Of a DNA stretch of 34,035 nt, positions 33,174 through 34,035 are shown piece by piece (within the stretch, counting starts at the first letter, position 1; the number at the start of each line of letters is the position of its first letter). A program made the position numbers and the translations under genes. The stretch is from an uncultured Candidatus Bathyarchaeia archaeon (GTDB lineage: Archaea > Thermoproteota > Bathyarchaeia > Bathyarchaeales > Bathycorpusculaceae). The stretch spans positions 1 through 34,035 of the forward strand of contig CAYPGY010000002.1 of NCBI GenBank assembly GCA_964410435.1, written 5' to 3'. The notes below the pieces were generated by a model, which saw only the letters and a program-made list of their open reading frames with translations, did no database searches and was not told the origin of the DNA.

Positions 33174-33929
33174 TTAGAGTTTTTTATAGAATATTTTAGC
33201 GGTTTTTGGTCGTTTCCATAGGATAGTGGCTATGACTGATACGGAGGATAACACTGCAACTATGCCAAATGTTAAGCCCTCGGGAACTGTAGTGATTGTC
33301 GAGGTTGACTTTGTACCGTGTGTATCTATTGCTGTTACGGTGTAAGCTCCAGCGGGCATAGGCGGTATGGTGATTGAGGCTGTGAAGCCGCCTGCTGAAG
33401 ATGTTGTTACGCCAGAAACAGGAGTTACGTTATATGCGTAGTAGGTGTAGTTGCAGGTGAATACTACAGTGTACCCATCCCACGCTGATGTTGTAGATCG
33501 ACCGAATGCGCCTGTTACATAATTCACGAAGGGATTAAGCGCATAGGTGCTTGAGGCCGTTAATGTTCCGTCGCCGTTATCGGTGTAATCGGATTCCACA
33601 ACGTTGGTATCTGAGGAAACCACGCAGTGGAAACTGAAGGAGCCTGGTTTGATCGGGTAGTGATTCATAATTGCAGTGAATGGGCCTGTGCCGGTTGGGC
33701 TGGGGATGTTGTGGACTTCATTGAGTACAGTGATTTCCTGTCCAATTGCTATGCCTACAGGTAGTGTTGCTCCAAAACCAGTGCCTGTCACGGTGACTTG
33801 TGCACCTGAGTTCTGTGTTGTTGGATTTAGTGTTATTGACCCCGCTGCAGCCACAATAGAGGCGGTAGCAAACAACAGCGTCAATAGCAATGTTGTGCAT
33901 GTTATAATAAATTTTGTTTTGATTTTCAT
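33174..33929 (-). CDS. Secreted Ig/IPT-like surface protein with VPEG-type C-terminal sorting signal
   Basis: Signal peptide; ITLNPT...GAQVTVTGTGF and GGFTASITIP...GAYTVTAID Ig-like halves; tail TVPEG-LTFGIVAVLSSVSVIATILW-KRPK (motif, TM helix, basic cluster). Confidence 0.85.
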   Translation of the reverse strand: MKIKTKFIITCTTLLLTLLFATASIVAAAGSITLNPTTQNSGAQVTVTGTGFGATLPVGIAIGQEITVLNEVHNIPSPTGTGPFTAIMNHYPIKPGSFSFHCVVSSDTNVVESDYTDNGDGTLTASSTYALNPFVNYVTGAFGRSTTSAWDGYTVVFTCNYTYYAYNVTPVSGVTTSSAGGFTASITIPPMPAGAYTVTAIDTHGTKSTSTITTVPEGLTFGIVAVLSSVSVIATILWKRPKTAKIFYKKL

Positions 33930-34035
33930 TTTAATTTCTCCTAAAGACGTTGATTTTTTTATTGTTTGGTTGGTATATAATAATTTTTGCTTTTTAAGCC
34001 AAATTACTTAATAAAACTTGTCAATAACAGATAAA

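Noticed and set aside
1-34035. tRNA/rRNA genes, inteins in PolB1, TopA or RadB, Sec/Pyl recoding
   Set aside because: No cloverleaf or T-loop signature was noticed in the intergenic gaps; protein lengths and motif spacing leave no room for inteins; no conserved domain continues past a TGA or TAG. This was a visual check only; tRNAscan-SE and Infernal would be decisive.

Overview
Archaeal chromosomal segment, most consistent with Bathyarchaeia (TACK); this is inferred from a PolB1-type polymerase, a large PQQ-propeller surface protein, a thaumarchaeosortase-like enzyme and frequent TTG starts. Contents in order: a partial RNase H-fold gene, radB-like recombinase, carS, a translationally coupled topA / Zn-finger / OSTC(DC2)-like operon, a eukaryote-like STT3/AglB followed by a DPAGT1/AglH-like GlcNAc-1-P transferase, a YoaP-GNAT, PolB1, small C2H2 and KGG/Em proteins, an RsmB/Fmu methyltransferase, an HTH-membrane cassette with a tandem operator, DUF488, a trimmed proteasome-exosome superoperon (psmA, SBDS, rrp4, rrp41, rrp42, rpl37ae, pcc1), secreted/surface proteins, a bacterial-type ClpB, an ATP-cone/restriction-endonuclease-fold protein, an FrhB-CBS fusion, and an archaeosortase next to a VPEG-tailed putative substrate. 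Most notable: (1) an N-glycosylation locus with an apparent homolog of the eukaryotic OST accessory subunit DC2/OSTC; (2) two unannotated intergenic repeat families, one a perfect 48-bp inverted pair flanking the PolB1-RsmB block; (3) the archaeosortase/VPEG pair; (4) an unannotated two-TM ORF that would need an ATA start. No tRNA, rRNA, CRISPR array, transposase or integrase was recognised. All family calls are from motif recognition by eye; no searches were run.
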